Below are positions 1 to 9,161 of a DNA stretch of 32,000 nucleotides, piece by piece. Source of the DNA: Acaryochloris marina MBIC11017 (GTDB lineage Bacteria > Cyanobacteriota > Cyanobacteriia > Thermosynechococcales > Thermosynechococcaceae); contig NC_009925.1 in assembly GCF_000018105.1 (NCBI RefSeq), forward strand, positions 2,700,001 to 2,732,000, in the 5' to 3' direction. The notes under the pieces were generated by a model, which saw only the letters and a list, made by a program, of their open reading frames with translations, was not told the origin of the DNA and searched no databases. How positions within the stretch are numbered: the stretch's first letter is position 1; each line of letters opens with the position of its first letter. The position numbers and the translations under genes were made by a program.

Positions 1-4
1 GAAA

Positions 5-619
5 GTGTATGAATTCAAAGGTTTTCCAAATCCCGCTCGGGTTCGCATCGCCTTAGCAGAGAAGGGATTGACTGAGGCCGTAGAGTTTGTCTCTGTTGAC
101 GTGCCCAATGGAGAGCACAAACAGTCTGAATTTCTGGCTAAAAATCCTTCTGGAACCGTTCCTGTCCTTGAGTTAGACGACGGCACGACCATTGCTGAGT
201 GCACAGCCATTACAGAATATCTGGACCACACCTCAGGTGAAACTACGCTAACCGGTCGGACTCCCAAAGAACGGGCTATGATTCATATGATGCAGCGCCG
301 AGCTGAAGCAGGTCTGCTGGATGCGGTTGGCCTATATTTTCATCATGCAACCCCTGGATTAGGGCCAGATATCGAGGCTTATCAGTGTTCAGAATGGGGA
401 GAGCATCAACGCCAAAAGGCCATTGCAGGCATGCACTATCTCAATGATGTGCTAGCCCAAAACACATATTTAGCGGGTGAGCAATTTTCGATGGCCGATA
501 TCACGGCTTTTGCAGGCTTAGTATTTGCAGATTTTGCCAAGATTGAGATTCCAGCAGAGTGTGGTCATTTGAAAGCCTGGCGTGAACGCGTCAGTCAACG
601 TCCCAGCGTCGCAGGCTAA
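5..619 (+). CDS. glutathione S-transferase family protein
   Basis: 204-aa ORF with a GTG start at the window edge, so the true start could lie upstream. The N-terminal thioredoxin-like GST fold is present (NPSGTVPVLELDDG loop), followed by a helical C-terminal GST domain. Confidence 0.85.
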   Translation: MYEFKGFPNPARVRIALAEKGLTEAVEFVSVDVPNGEHKQSEFLAKNPSGTVPVLELDDGTTIAECTAITEYLDHTSGETTLTGRTPKERAMIHMMQRRAEAGLLDAVGLYFHHATPGLGPDIEAYQCSEWGEHQRQKAIAGMHYLNDVLAQNTYLAGEQFSMADITAFAGLVFADFAKIEIPAECGHLKAWRERVSQRPSVAG

Positions 620-634
620 AACAAGGAGAGCAGC

Positions 635-1342
635 ATGGAGTTAAATGCAGACTTTAACCAGCGAGCAGTGGTCCATGCTGCTCAGCTCGATTGGATTCCT
701 TCACCCATGCCAGGTGTCGAGCGGCGGATGCTGGATCGCGTGGGTGATGAAGTGGCCCGTGCTACCTCAATTGTGCGCTATGCCCCGAATAGTTCTTTTT
801 CACCCCACGTACATACGGGGGGCGAAGAATTCCTGGTGTTGGAAGGAGTGTTTCAGGATGAACAGGGTGATTTCCCCGCAGGGAGCTATATTCGCAACCC
901 ACCCGAGTCGAAGCATCAGCCTGGTTCTGAGTTAGGCTGCACTATTTTTGTGAAGCTGTGGCAGTTTGATCTGCAGGATCGAACCCATGTGCACATAGCT
1001 CCTTACAACAGGTCACAACAAAATATTCCAGAGCGATCTGGTGTGTTACAAACGCCTTTGTTTCAAGATGATCGGGAGTCTGTTCGCCTGGAGCGCTGGC
1101 AACCGGGGACAATCATCGACTATCAAGCCAGTGGTGGTTTAGAGCTTCTGGTTTTAGAAGGACAGTTTATTGAGCAAGGCGAAACCTTTACTCAGTACTC
1201 TTGGCTCAGGCTACCGATAGGGGCGACGCTATCGGCGCAAGCGGGGTCTACCGGATGTTACTGCTGGGTCAAGGAGGGACATCTACGGTATGTTGACTTA
1301 GATCAATTACCGGGGAGTGTCCCAAAAACAAGGAACCATTAG
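635..1342 (+). CDS. ChrR-like bicupin protein (cupin domains only, no zinc-binding anti-sigma N-domain seen)
   Basis: 235-aa ORF preceded by AAGGAG. Two cupin modules are visible (HVHTGGEEFLVLEG and GGLELLVLEG), resembling the C-terminal cupin part of ChrR. Confidence 0.7.
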   Translation: MELNADFNQRAVVHAAQLDWIPSPMPGVERRMLDRVGDEVARATSIVRYAPNSSFSPHVHTGGEEFLVLEGVFQDEQGDFPAGSYIRNPPESKHQPGSELGCTIFVKLWQFDLQDRTHVHIAPYNRSQQNIPERSGVLQTPLFQDDRESVRLERWQPGTIIDYQASGGLELLVLEGQFIEQGETFTQYSWLRLPIGATLSAQAGSTGCYCWVKEGHLRYVDLDQLPGSVPKTRNH

Positions 1343-1411
1343 TCGTCGCTACTTTGGGGGGCGATCTCGAGGGCACGCTTTCAGGATTTAAAAGAGTTGA
1401 GAAACGATTTA

Positions 1412-2632
1412 TCAAGGTTGGATTTCAGGTTTTACCAACTCAGGCTGAGCTGTATCATCAAGTTTTTGTGATGATTGGCCTTGTTGAATCGTGCGGATCA
1501 CATGGCGAGCTGCCTGCTCGATCTCTGCTTGAGTCGTAAATCGACCTAACCCAAATCTCAGCGTCGCTTTAGAGAGTTGAGCAGACCTCCCTAAAGCCGT
1601 TAACACATGCGAGGGAGTGGGTTTACTAGATGCACATGCAGATCCTGAAGACAACGCCACATAGGGCTGCAGCCCCAATAACAACGCCGCACCATCTATC
1701 CCTTCAAAACTGACCGACAAACACCCCGGTAATCGCTGTTGCGGATGACCATTCAAGTGAATTCCGTTCAATACCTGAAGCTCTTGCCAGAGCCGGTTTC
1801 TAAGCACCGTTAGCCGCTCTGCCTCTGCCGTTTGCTCAGCTAACCCTAGCTCAATCGCTTTCCCCAAACCAACAATTTGTGGTGTTGGTAACGTCCCCGA
1901 TCGCACATTTCGTTCTTGCCCACCCCCCTGCAGTTGAGCCGCAACCTGCACATGGGGATTGCGATTGCGAATATACAGCGCCCCAATCCCTTTGGGACCA
2001 TAGAGCTTATGCCCCGTCATCGACAATAAATCGATCTGCATCGCCTCCACATCTAAAGGGATTTTGCCAATCGCCTGAGCCGCATCCGTATGAAAAAGAA
2101 CATTGTGCTGACGGCACACCTGACCGATTTCAGACAATGGCTGTAATACCCCTATTTCATTATTCGCTGCCATGACCGACACTAAAATCGTATCGACCCG
2201 GATTGCTTGTTCCAGAACCTTCACATCCAACAGTCCATCCGGTTGGGGCAGCAGATACGTTACCTCAAATCCCAGCTTTTCGAGATATTTACAGGGTTCT
2301 AAAACAGCATTATGTTCTGTTTGCATCGTAATCAGATGCCGCCCTTTACTGAGATAGGCTTCCGCTACCCCTTTAATCGCTAAATTATTGGCCTCCGTTG
2401 CGCCACTGGTAAAGATAATCTCTTGTGGATCTGCGCTGATGGCCTGAGCAATGGTCTCCCGCGCTAGATCAACTACTGCTTTTGCTTCCCAACCATAGAG
2501 GTGAGAGCTGCTAGAAGGATTGCCCGGACAGTCCGTAAAGTAGGGCAGCATCGCCTCGACGACCCTAGGGTCAACGGGCGTCGTGGCTTGGCAATCTAGA
2601 TAAATCGGACGCTCAGGCAGGGGGGGCATCAT
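1412..2632 (-). CDS. cysteine desulfurase, class I (IscS/NifS-like)
   Basis: 406-aa ORF. PLP-lysine motif SMTGHKLYGPKGIGALY, catalytic-Cys loop SSGSACAS, and a TSGATEANN motif. Confidence 0.9.
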   Translation of the reverse strand: MMPPLPERPIYLDCQATTPVDPRVVEAMLPYFTDCPGNPSSSSHLYGWEAKAVVDLARETIAQAISADPQEIIFTSGATEANNLAIKGVAEAYLSKGRHLITMQTEHNAVLEPCKYLEKLGFEVTYLLPQPDGLLDVKVLEQAIRVDTILVSVMAANNEIGVLQPLSEIGQVCRQHNVLFHTDAAQAIGKIPLDVEAMQIDLLSMTGHKLYGPKGIGALYIRNRNPHVQVAAQLQGGGQERNVRSGTLPTPQIVGLGKAIELGLAEQTAEAERLTVLRNRLWQELQVLNGIHLNGHPQQRLPGCLSVSFEGIDGAALLLGLQPYVALSSGSACASSKPTPSHVLTALGRSAQLSKATLRFGLGRFTTQAEIEQAARHVIRTIQQGQSSQKLDDTAQPELVKPEIQP

Positions 2633-2752
2633 TCAAATTTCGCCAGTGAAGACCACAAACTGTTTCTGCAGATGTATCAAGTTAGGTATAAACAGTGGGA
2701 ATTAATAGGTGTGATATCTAAGGTTATCTGTGTGGCGTGCGATCGCACCTCT

Positions 2753-3751
2753 TTACTGTGGCATATCCGTCGCCTTTAGCCCCTGAGACTGAACGGTCAG
2801 CGGAAACTCTTGCGGAGACCCTGCAGACCATTCCCACATTGAACCTGCATAATTTTGCACCTGATATCCCAAGTCCGCCAGAACCACCGTCAGCCATCCC
2901 GAGCGAATCCCTCCAGTACAGTAAGCCACCACTTCAGACGCTTGGGTAATCCCCAACTCAGCGAGTTTGGCCACAATCTGATCTCGGGGTAACAGCTTTC
3001 CTTGAGGTGTTAATAGTTCCTGAAAATGGAGTGAAATGGCCCCCGGCACATGTCCTCGCCGTTTCTCGCCATAAGGGGTTGCACCAGCATACTCTTTGGG
3101 AGTACGTGTATCGATTAAGACTAAATCGGGTTGATCCAGTGCCGCTTTTAAGGCTGCTTTCTGAATCTGCCAAGTGGGCATTCTGTGAATCTCAAAATCT
3201 CCTAGCTGAGATATTTCTGGGGCCTTCAGGTTCAATGAAGCTAAGGCTGAATATCCACCGTCCACCATCACCGCCTGGGAATGACCCAGAGTTCTTAACA
3301 TCCAGACAATGCGGCCTTCCTCTCCCCACCCCTGGGGCGGATTTGCAAAAACGACGACAGGCCGCTCTTGAGAGATTCCTAGCTTCCTTAATTTCTGATT
3401 TAAAACTGCATCGCTCTCTAACAGCGTTCCTTTACGGACTTTATTAGAGGGAGAAAAATCTTGCCATCGTATCGACACACTTCCCGATAACCGATTGAGC
3501 CCAAACCACTGATTCCCTCGGGCATCCAGGAGAGTAGCGCCTTGTTCGATCAGAACTTTCGCTTCTAAGGCACTAACCACCCAGGTTTGTTCAAGCTTAG
3601 GAGGTTGAGGCCGGAGCGTGTAAGCAGCCTGTGGAGAATGGGTATGAGGAGTAGTGATTGTTGTTTGGGTAAATGCGATCGCACCCAACAACAGCACGAT
3701 TCCCAGAACTACAGCTCGTCTCACCTTGGCAGGAATGGGGTTAAGCATCAT
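2753..3751 (-). CDS. tandem-rhodanese sulfurtransferase with N-terminal signal or anchor sequence
   Basis: 332-aa ORF. The N-terminus KVRRAVVLGIVLLLGAIAF looks like a signal peptide or membrane anchor. Two rhodanese modules follow, and the second carries the active-site loop CTGGIRSG. It lies on the same strand 120 bp upstream of the desulfurase. Confidence 0.85.
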   Translation of the reverse strand: MMLNPIPAKVRRAVVLGIVLLLGAIAFTQTTITTPHTHSPQAAYTLRPQPPKLEQTWVVSALEAKVLIEQGATLLDARGNQWFGLNRLSGSVSIRWQDFSPSNKVRKGTLLESDAVLNQKLRKLGISQERPVVVFANPPQGWGEEGRIVWMLRTLGHSQAVMVDGGYSALASLNLKAPEISQLGDFEIHRMPTWQIQKAALKAALDQPDLVLIDTRTPKEYAGATPYGEKRRGHVPGAISLHFQELLTPQGKLLPRDQIVAKLAELGITQASEVVAYCTGGIRSGWLTVVLADLGYQVQNYAGSMWEWSAGSPQEFPLTVQSQGLKATDMPQ

Positions 3752-3892
3752 CCTATCGGTAGGATAAAAATCAAAAAGCTGGTGATAAGACTCGAACTTG
3801 AGATCGGCGGATGACTAATCAACTAGACCAAAGTTTTCACAAGCCTACTAAATATACTTCCTAGCTTATCTAAATTTTTACTGTAAACCGTT

Positions 3893-4269
3893 TTATCTCA
3901 ATACATTTTCAGCCCTGATAGGCTCTAATGGACTCCAGTAGGTACAACCGAAGTACCTTTGAGAAATGGATGAGCCGACGGTCTTTTGATAGCAATCCGT
4001 GTAACCTTGCAGGACAGTATTCCCAAGACGTCCTGAATTGGCTGCTGGGCAATAACTGAAGCGAACCCCAGACTTAAGTTCAAAATCGGACTTGATTTGT
4101 TCTGCTTCGTAAATTACTAAGAAAATCTCTTCTCGGGTTGAGAAGTAACGATAAATCTTGGCTTTGCTAATCCCTACCTCACGGGCAATCCGGTTGAGGC
4201 CAATTTCTTCATATGCCAGCTCAGAGAAGAGAGACTGAGCTGCTTCAAGAATTTTCTCTCACCTAGCAT
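3893..4269 (-). pseudogene. TetR/AcrR-family regulator remnant (frameshifted, short)
   Basis: My minus-strand translation gives a clear TetR HTH: EKILEAAQSLFSELAYEEIGLNRIAREVGISKAKIYRYFSTREEIF. This frame is closed by TGA just upstream. The only ATG (4269-4267, MLGERK) is in another frame. One extra A in the A4 run (4252-4255 on +) would restore MLGERKILEAAQ. The product would be only about 125 aa. Confidence 0.55.
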
Positions 4270-4455
4270 CTTTATTGGCTTTGACTACGTGCTCTTGCCC
4301 AACTCATAAATAAGTAACCACTAGTCACTTGCTAACCTCTACTTGATAGTTCTTTTCTCTCCGAAGTGTCGAAGGTCATAGTAAACCCACTACTTAGCGA
4401 AGCGGAGAGCAGGAAGCAGGAGTACCGGAGGGGTTGCAAGAAAGCCGCTGTGTGG

Positions 4456-4498
4456 TACCTTTATCAGCGCTGTTGTTGGTAGCCGCGCGAAGCGCACT
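4456..4498. repeat. 43-bp dispersed repeat, copy A
   Basis: TACCTTTATCAGCGCTGTTGTTGGTAGCCGCGCGAAGCGCACT matches 10726-10768 at 38 of 43 positions. Weaker similarity extends about 12 bp to the left. Confidence 0.7.
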
Positions 4499-4573
4499 AT
4501 AACAGTCTGATAGCTTGGGTTTTAAGCAATATTTTTTGAAGTTTTCAAGGTATGTAACCCCAATTCGGATTAA

Positions 4574-4594
4574 GCCCATTTTTGGGCCTTTTTT
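4574..4594 (+). terminator. orphan intrinsic-terminator-like hairpin
   Basis: GCCCA-TTTT-TGGGC followed by C and a T6 run. No plus-strand gene lies upstream. Confidence 0.35.
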
Positions 4595-4925
4595 ACGGAA
4601 GAATGCAGGGTTCAGCCTACGCAAGAATAAGGGTTTTAGCTTATCCCAAACTCAGGTTATGTAAATTCCTGAAACCCTTTCCAGACATAGGTTCCAAGGA
4701 AATATCATTTTTGGCTTAGCAGCTATCTGGAGGCTGTAAGCATCACTGGATATAGCTTTCAGTAGTTGTTGGAGCTCAAGGAAGTCATAGTCTTATATTC
4801 GAGAGTAGGTTGTCTACTCCCGTTCAGGTATGAATAATGTGTGCAAAAGACTCAGTACAGACATAACAACAATTTCATGAACGTTAGATGATAAACGACC
4901 TATGGGGAGATCTACTTCTGTCCTC

Positions 4926-5870
4926 TTAAGGGATTGTGACAGTTGGTAAATCTTGAACAATTTCAAACAGTTGACTCCTTAACCATTCATGGGCTGGATC
5001 GACCTGACTACGCTCGTGCCACATCATTTGCAAGAAAGCAGGAGCTATTTTGAGAGGCAACTCAGTGATGTGTAAGTCCGTTCTAAAAGGATTCCGCTCC
5101 ACCATACGGAGAGGAATTGCTGAGATTAAATCAGAACCTGCAATCAGTTCAGGAACCAGCGTAAACTGATTAACCGTTAGGGCAATACGGCGACTCAAGT
5201 CCATCTCCCTCAGTTGTTTATCAACCAGTCCTGTTGCCTCTCCAGTTAAAGTTACAAGGAGATGATCAGCCTTGATGTATTGCTTGAGAGTCAGTCGTTT
5301 ATGGGCTAAAGGATGGTCTTTACGCATGATGCAGATGTAGCGATCACCTATAATCTCCTGCACTCTGAGCCGAACGGTCGAGCGATAAAATCGCCCCATG
5401 GCCAGATCAATTTCAGATTGTTCGAGCAGCTTCGCCGCATTAATGTTTGTGTTCGGAACGATGCGGATATTTATATTAGGTGCGGAATGAGCCAAAATTG
5501 GTAGCAACTTTGGTAAAAAAAGAGCTACCGAGTAATCAGCCATTGCCAATGTAAACGTCTGCATTGATGAAAAGGGCTCAAATGAAGGTGGCGAGAGCGC
5601 TAGTCGAATATGCACTAGCCCCTCACGAATCGGTCCCCAGAGTTCTAGAGCTTTAGGCGTTGGACTCACGCCGCTCGGAACTTTCAAAAACAGTTCATCA
5701 TTAGTAATGCGTCTGAGCCTTCGAAGCGCATGACTCACAGCAGGTTGAGTCATATTTAATCGTTCAGCAGCACGGCTAACATTTAACTCCATCATCACAG
5801 CTTCAAAGATATGGAGTAGATTGAGATCGATCTGATTATGCACTGAATTCATAATGTTTATATTTATCAT
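4926..5870 (-). CDS. LysR-family transcriptional regulator
   Basis: 314-aa ORF. N-terminal wHTH (LNLLHIFEAVMMELNVSRAAERLNMTQPAVSHALRRLR) plus a substrate-binding C-domain. The real start may be the ATG at MNSVHN. Confidence 0.9.
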   Translation of the reverse strand: MININIMNSVHNQIDLNLLHIFEAVMMELNVSRAAERLNMTQPAVSHALRRLRRITNDELFLKVPSGVSPTPKALELWGPIREGLVHIRLALSPPSFEPFSSMQTFTLAMADYSVALFLPKLLPILAHSAPNINIRIVPNTNINAAKLLEQSEIDLAMGRFYRSTVRLRVQEIIGDRYICIMRKDHPLAHKRLTLKQYIKADHLLVTLTGEATGLVDKQLREMDLSRRIALTVNQFTLVPELIAGSDLISAIPLRMVERNPFRTDLHITELPLKIAPAFLQMMWHERSQVDPAHEWLRSQLFEIVQDLPTVTIP

Positions 5871-5972
5871 GAATTAGACATTATAATACAGCCCTTTTAT
5901 AGTCGAAATATGGCAACGCGGTAAATCCGCTGGAGCCAAGAGAATAAAGGGTTTTGAAAAGGCTATCGTATA

Positions 5973-7073
5973 TGTCAGAGATAAAGACAGCTTTGGTAAG
6001 TACCTATCCAAAATCAATTACATAATCTTTTCCGAAGCCCTTAAGGATTTTGTCGATGTACAGACTCAGGCTGCCTAAACACTTGTAGGCAGCAAATTCA
6101 ATCCACTCATATTTCATAAAACGCCAGAAAATCTCAATCAAATTCAGATGCGGTGAATAGGTAGGTAGCCAGAAAATTTCGACATTCTTGGCTTTCCAGT
6201 CCTCAATTTTTTCTTCAATTTCAGCGTTTTTATGGACGCTGGCTTGATCCATCACCACAACCGTGTGTTGATCACAGGTCCTACTAAAATCATCGATACA
6301 GGCCACCACCACAGCACTGGTAATACTCTTGTCAAACACATAGGAAGTGAGGTCATTGTGCCGATTCATCAACCCCAACACGTTGAATCGACTGCTGCGT
6401 TGACTGGGAAGTCCTAGTGTTTCCCCTTTCTCCTGCCAAGCATAGGGGACATACGGCACTAAGCAAAACCCGCTTTCATCGAGATATCTCAGGTCCAGCT
6501 CACCTTTTTCCTCTTGGCGCTTCAAGACCTCTAACTGATGACGTTTGGTTTCATACTCCACTGGGTCTGGCTGGCCTGCAACGACCCGCCTGAGACGACG
6601 CCAGCTCATGGAACATGATTTGAGGATGCGCTTGAGGGTGGTTTTGCTCACCGCTATGTTCCAGGCTTCTTTGATCTTGGCCAACACAGCATTGAGGTTA
6701 TGCGGAGTCATTTTTGCCCACGCTCGGATTTGCTCCTTCTGCACGTCATTCAACTTAGGTTTACGGCCCCGGCCTGGCTGATCATACAGACCCACTAAGC
6801 AGTGGTTGTCCCAATCATCTAACCAGGTATAAACCGTTTTTCGGGTGACGGCAAAGATGCTCATTAACTCTGTGACATTGAACCCTTCAAAACTCAACAG
6901 AATGCAATGGGCACGTTGACGGACTTGGTGGTGATAACTATGGCGATGAATCCGGCTGAGTAAATGGATGGTCTCTGGGCTCAATCCCTGAATAAAACGT
7001 TGTTTCATTGGGCTACAAGCTATTCGCTATCAACTGAACTGAAACCACTTATTATGATGTAAATATTTCTGGC
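5973..7073 (-). mobile_element. IS630-family insertion sequence, copy 1 (boundaries tentative)
   Basis: It carries an intact transposase gene. A weak imperfect terminal inverted repeat is visible: GTCAGAGATAAAGACAGC from 5974 against the reverse complement of the right end, GCCAGAAATATTTACATC. TA dinucleotides sit at 5971-5972 and 7074-7075. A length near 1.1 kb fits IS630. Confidence 0.55.
6004..7008 (-). CDS. IS630-family DDE transposase (intact, single ORF)
   Basis: 334 aa. N-terminal HTH region, then DDE motifs YLDESGF, VVMDQASVHKN and YSPHLNLIEIFWRFMK. Confidence 0.9.
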   Translation of the reverse strand: MKQRFIQGLSPETIHLLSRIHRHSYHHQVRQRAHCILLSFEGFNVTELMSIFAVTRKTVYTWLDDWDNHCLVGLYDQPGRGRKPKLNDVQKEQIRAWAKMTPHNLNAVLAKIKEAWNIAVSKTTLKRILKSCSMSWRRLRRVVAGQPDPVEYETKRHQLEVLKRQEEKGELDLRYLDESGFCLVPYVPYAWQEKGETLGLPSQRSSRFNVLGLMNRHNDLTSYVFDKSITSAVVVACIDDFSRTCDQHTVVVMDQASVHKNAEIEEKIEDWKAKNVEIFWLPTYSPHLNLIEIFWRFMKYEWIEFAAYKCLGSLSLYIDKILKGFGKDYVIDFG

Positions 7074-7101
7074 TATCTACTTAATTGGCGGGACGGGTGC
7101 A

Positions 7102-8061
7102 ATGGGACGAGCGGTTGTCCGTTCATTGCTTCAGGACAGCGTTGATTGGCAAATCGCCATTTTTTCGCGCTCTCCCGATAGTGAAACAGCGCAGCAACTC
7201 GTTGAACAAGGGGAGGGGAAAGTTTCTATTCGCCAAGGCGATCTCAACGATGAAGCTAGCCTTCAGCAAGCAATGACAGATGTAACCGCTGTCTTTTGCA
7301 ATACTAATTTTTGGGCAGAAGCTAGTTTTACCGTTGAAAAGGAGCAGGGGGTTCGCGCTCTTGAATTAGCTCGACAGTCAGGTGTGGATCACTTCATCTA
7401 CTCATCCTTAGATGCAGTAGCTTCACTATCTGGTGGTCTATTAATGCTCCCTCACTATGATGCAAAGGCAGCGGTCGAGCACGAAATCGACTGGCGACGC
7501 TCCGATGAATACATGCAACAGGTCGATGATGGTTGGTACTCCAATCACGTCAGCGTGTTGGTAACAGCCCCTTACTTTGAGAACTTTCAATCCATCTTTT
7601 TACCAGAATCTGGAACGCTCTCCGATGGCCGAGAAGGATTACTGTTCACTGGCCCACTTTCGGGTGATGCGCCCTGGCAGATGGTTGCATTGGATGATAT
7701 CGGTACCTTCGTAACCATAATGCTATCTGACCGAAAGACTTGGGGCGGTAGAACGCTGCGTGTTGCGTCCGAAGAATTACCGATGTCTAACGTCGTCGAA
7801 ACTTTCACTCAGGTGACAGGCATTCCAGCTGAATACAATCCGCCCACATTGGAAGCCTTTTTGTCGTCCGGGATTCCCAATGCCCATGATGTTGTCAATA
7901 ACTTTAGGCTCTATCGAGAGGGGTACGCCGCCCCCCGTGACTATGAATTCCTGAGACAACTCCACCCTGGTCTACGTTCGTTTGCAGATTGGCTAAAAGA
8001 AACTAACTGGAAGGGTGAAGCCCGTGCAGTGCAAAAAGATCCAATCACTGGCAGTAAGTAA
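7102..8061 (+). CDS. NmrA-like NAD(P)-binding protein, 5' end apparently damaged
   Basis: 319-aa ORF from the first ATG. The Rossmann motif LIGGTGAMG is encoded in frame upstream of that ATG (7081-7104). The frame is open only back to 7063, with no ATG, GTG or TTG in between. Confidence 0.7.
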   Translation: MGRAVVRSLLQDSVDWQIAIFSRSPDSETAQQLVEQGEGKVSIRQGDLNDEASLQQAMTDVTAVFCNTNFWAEASFTVEKEQGVRALELARQSGVDHFIYSSLDAVASLSGGLLMLPHYDAKAAVEHEIDWRRSDEYMQQVDDGWYSNHVSVLVTAPYFENFQSIFLPESGTLSDGREGLLFTGPLSGDAPWQMVALDDIGTFVTIMLSDRKTWGGRTLRVASEELPMSNVVETFTQVTGIPAEYNPPTLEAFLSSGIPNAHDVVNNFRLYREGYAAPRDYEFLRQLHPGLRSFADWLKETNWKGEARAVQKDPITGSK

Positions 8062-8121
8062 CGCTAGTTATTTAACGAGATAGCTAGAACGATTCAATAT
8101 ACTCATAAGGACAAAAACATC

Positions 8122-9003
8122 ATGACTAATTATCCGAATATTCTTGTTGTAGGTGCAACCGGGAAAGTTGGAGGTGAAACGCTACGACAACTCCAACTAG
8201 AGGGAGATAGTAATCCCATTGCCGCAGTTCGTTCCCCAGAACAAGCAAGGACTTTCCAAGATCAAGGCATTAAAACTGTCATTCTCGATCTAGATGAGCC
8301 CGAAACCCTAGAACCTGAACTCAAGGACATTGATCGCGCTCTGCTCTTAACCGGATATACCGTCGATATGTTGCGTCAGAGTAAGCGATTTTTGGATGCA
8401 GCCCAAACAACAGGTGTTCAGCATATTGTTCATATTGGTGCATCCACTGCACCCACGAATGAAGTATCCCACTGGGGATGGCATCAAATGGTGGAAGCCT
8501 ATATTGAGAAGAAAGGCTTTAGCTATACTCACTTACGCCCAGAAGCTTTCATGCAAAACATAACTGGCCCCGGCTTCCGATGGTTGGATGGTACCGTCAT
8601 TCGCCATTTTGCTGGCCGTGCTCGCTGGAGCTGGATTGACTGCGATGACTTGGCCTTAGTGGTTGCCCATGCTCTAAGGGAGCCAGAGAAATATGCGGGA
8701 CAAGTGATTCCCTTAGGTTACGACGCTAAGACCTTTGATGAGGTTGCAGAGATTTTTACCCAGGTGACAGGCCAAAACTTCACTGCCGAAGCTCGACCAC
8801 CAGAGGAGTTTTTGGAAAATTCGTTAGCTGCTGGGGCTGATCCAGCGTATATCAACAGTGTCTATACACAATTCAAGCTCAATAACGAAGATGCTATTCC
8901 TAATGCTGATGCTACCTTCAATAATTTTGCAGCAATTACCGGGCGTAAGCCAATGACTTGGCAGACGTTCGCTAAACGACATCGAAATCATTTGATTGCT
9001 TGA
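8122..9003 (+). CDS. NmrA-family / atypical SDR NAD(P)H-binding protein
   Basis: 293-aa ORF with an N-terminal ILVVGATGKVGG Rossmann motif. It is a paralogue-like neighbour of the previous gene. Confidence 0.85.
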   Translation: MTNYPNILVVGATGKVGGETLRQLQLEGDSNPIAAVRSPEQARTFQDQGIKTVILDLDEPETLEPELKDIDRALLLTGYTVDMLRQSKRFLDAAQTTGVQHIVHIGASTAPTNEVSHWGWHQMVEAYIEKKGFSYTHLRPEAFMQNITGPGFRWLDGTVIRHFAGRARWSWIDCDDLALVVAHALREPEKYAGQVIPLGYDAKTFDEVAEIFTQVTGQNFTAEARPPEEFLENSLAAGADPAYINSVYTQFKLNNEDAIPNADATFNNFAAITGRKPMTWQTFAKRHRNHLIA

Positions 9004-9013
9004 TGTTCTGTGA

Positions 9014-9038
9014 CTCATATCTTGGTGCAAGATATGAG
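9014..9038 (+). terminator. perfect 11-bp stem / 3-nt loop hairpin after the NmrA-like gene
   Basis: CTCATATCTTG-GTG-CAAGATATGAG lies immediately after the stop codon at 9001-9003. There is no T tract, so it could be a terminator or an RNA-stability element. Confidence 0.45.
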
Positions 9039-9161
9039 CTGATGGACTTAGGCTGTGAACCTGAAATTCGTGCAGATCAAGGTCAGGTGCTGGGATTAGC
9101 ACCTGGGCAGCAAACACTCCGTATTTTAGTCGCGGAGGATAACCTTGAAAGTCAACAATTA

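Noticed and set aside
1879-3447. Plus-strand ORFs 1879-2175, 2172-2357, 2737-2949 and 3007-3447, and minus-strand ORF 2958-3173.
   Set aside because: They lie opposite to, or out of frame within, the well-supported desulfurase and rhodanese genes.
4394-4624. The 43-bp repeats (here and at 10726-10768) contain AAC AAC AGC on the minus strand and vaguely resemble the C-terminal variable region of FGE/CLec-type targets of diversity-generating retroelements (a TR/VR pair).
   Set aside because: The five mismatches between the copies are not confined to adenine positions in either orientation. No reverse transcriptase or accessory gene is in the window. The surrounding frames are closed. The 76-aa track ORF has no protein-like character.
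7587-7965. Minus-strand ORFs 7587-7808 and 7777-7965. The same reasoning applies to 8347-8532, 8824-9234, 6232-6417 and 6545-6781.
   Set aside because: They lie antisense to the NmrA-like or transposase genes and carry no independent signals.
9003-9038. ATG at 9003, overlapping the NmrA-like stop codon (TGATG), as the start of the receiver-domain gene.
   Set aside because: The first 12 codons would be a perfect 11-bp hairpin that looks like a post-gene structural element. The encoded MFCDSYLGARYEL has no homology-like character. The downstream sequence resembles an internal linker of a hybrid kinase.
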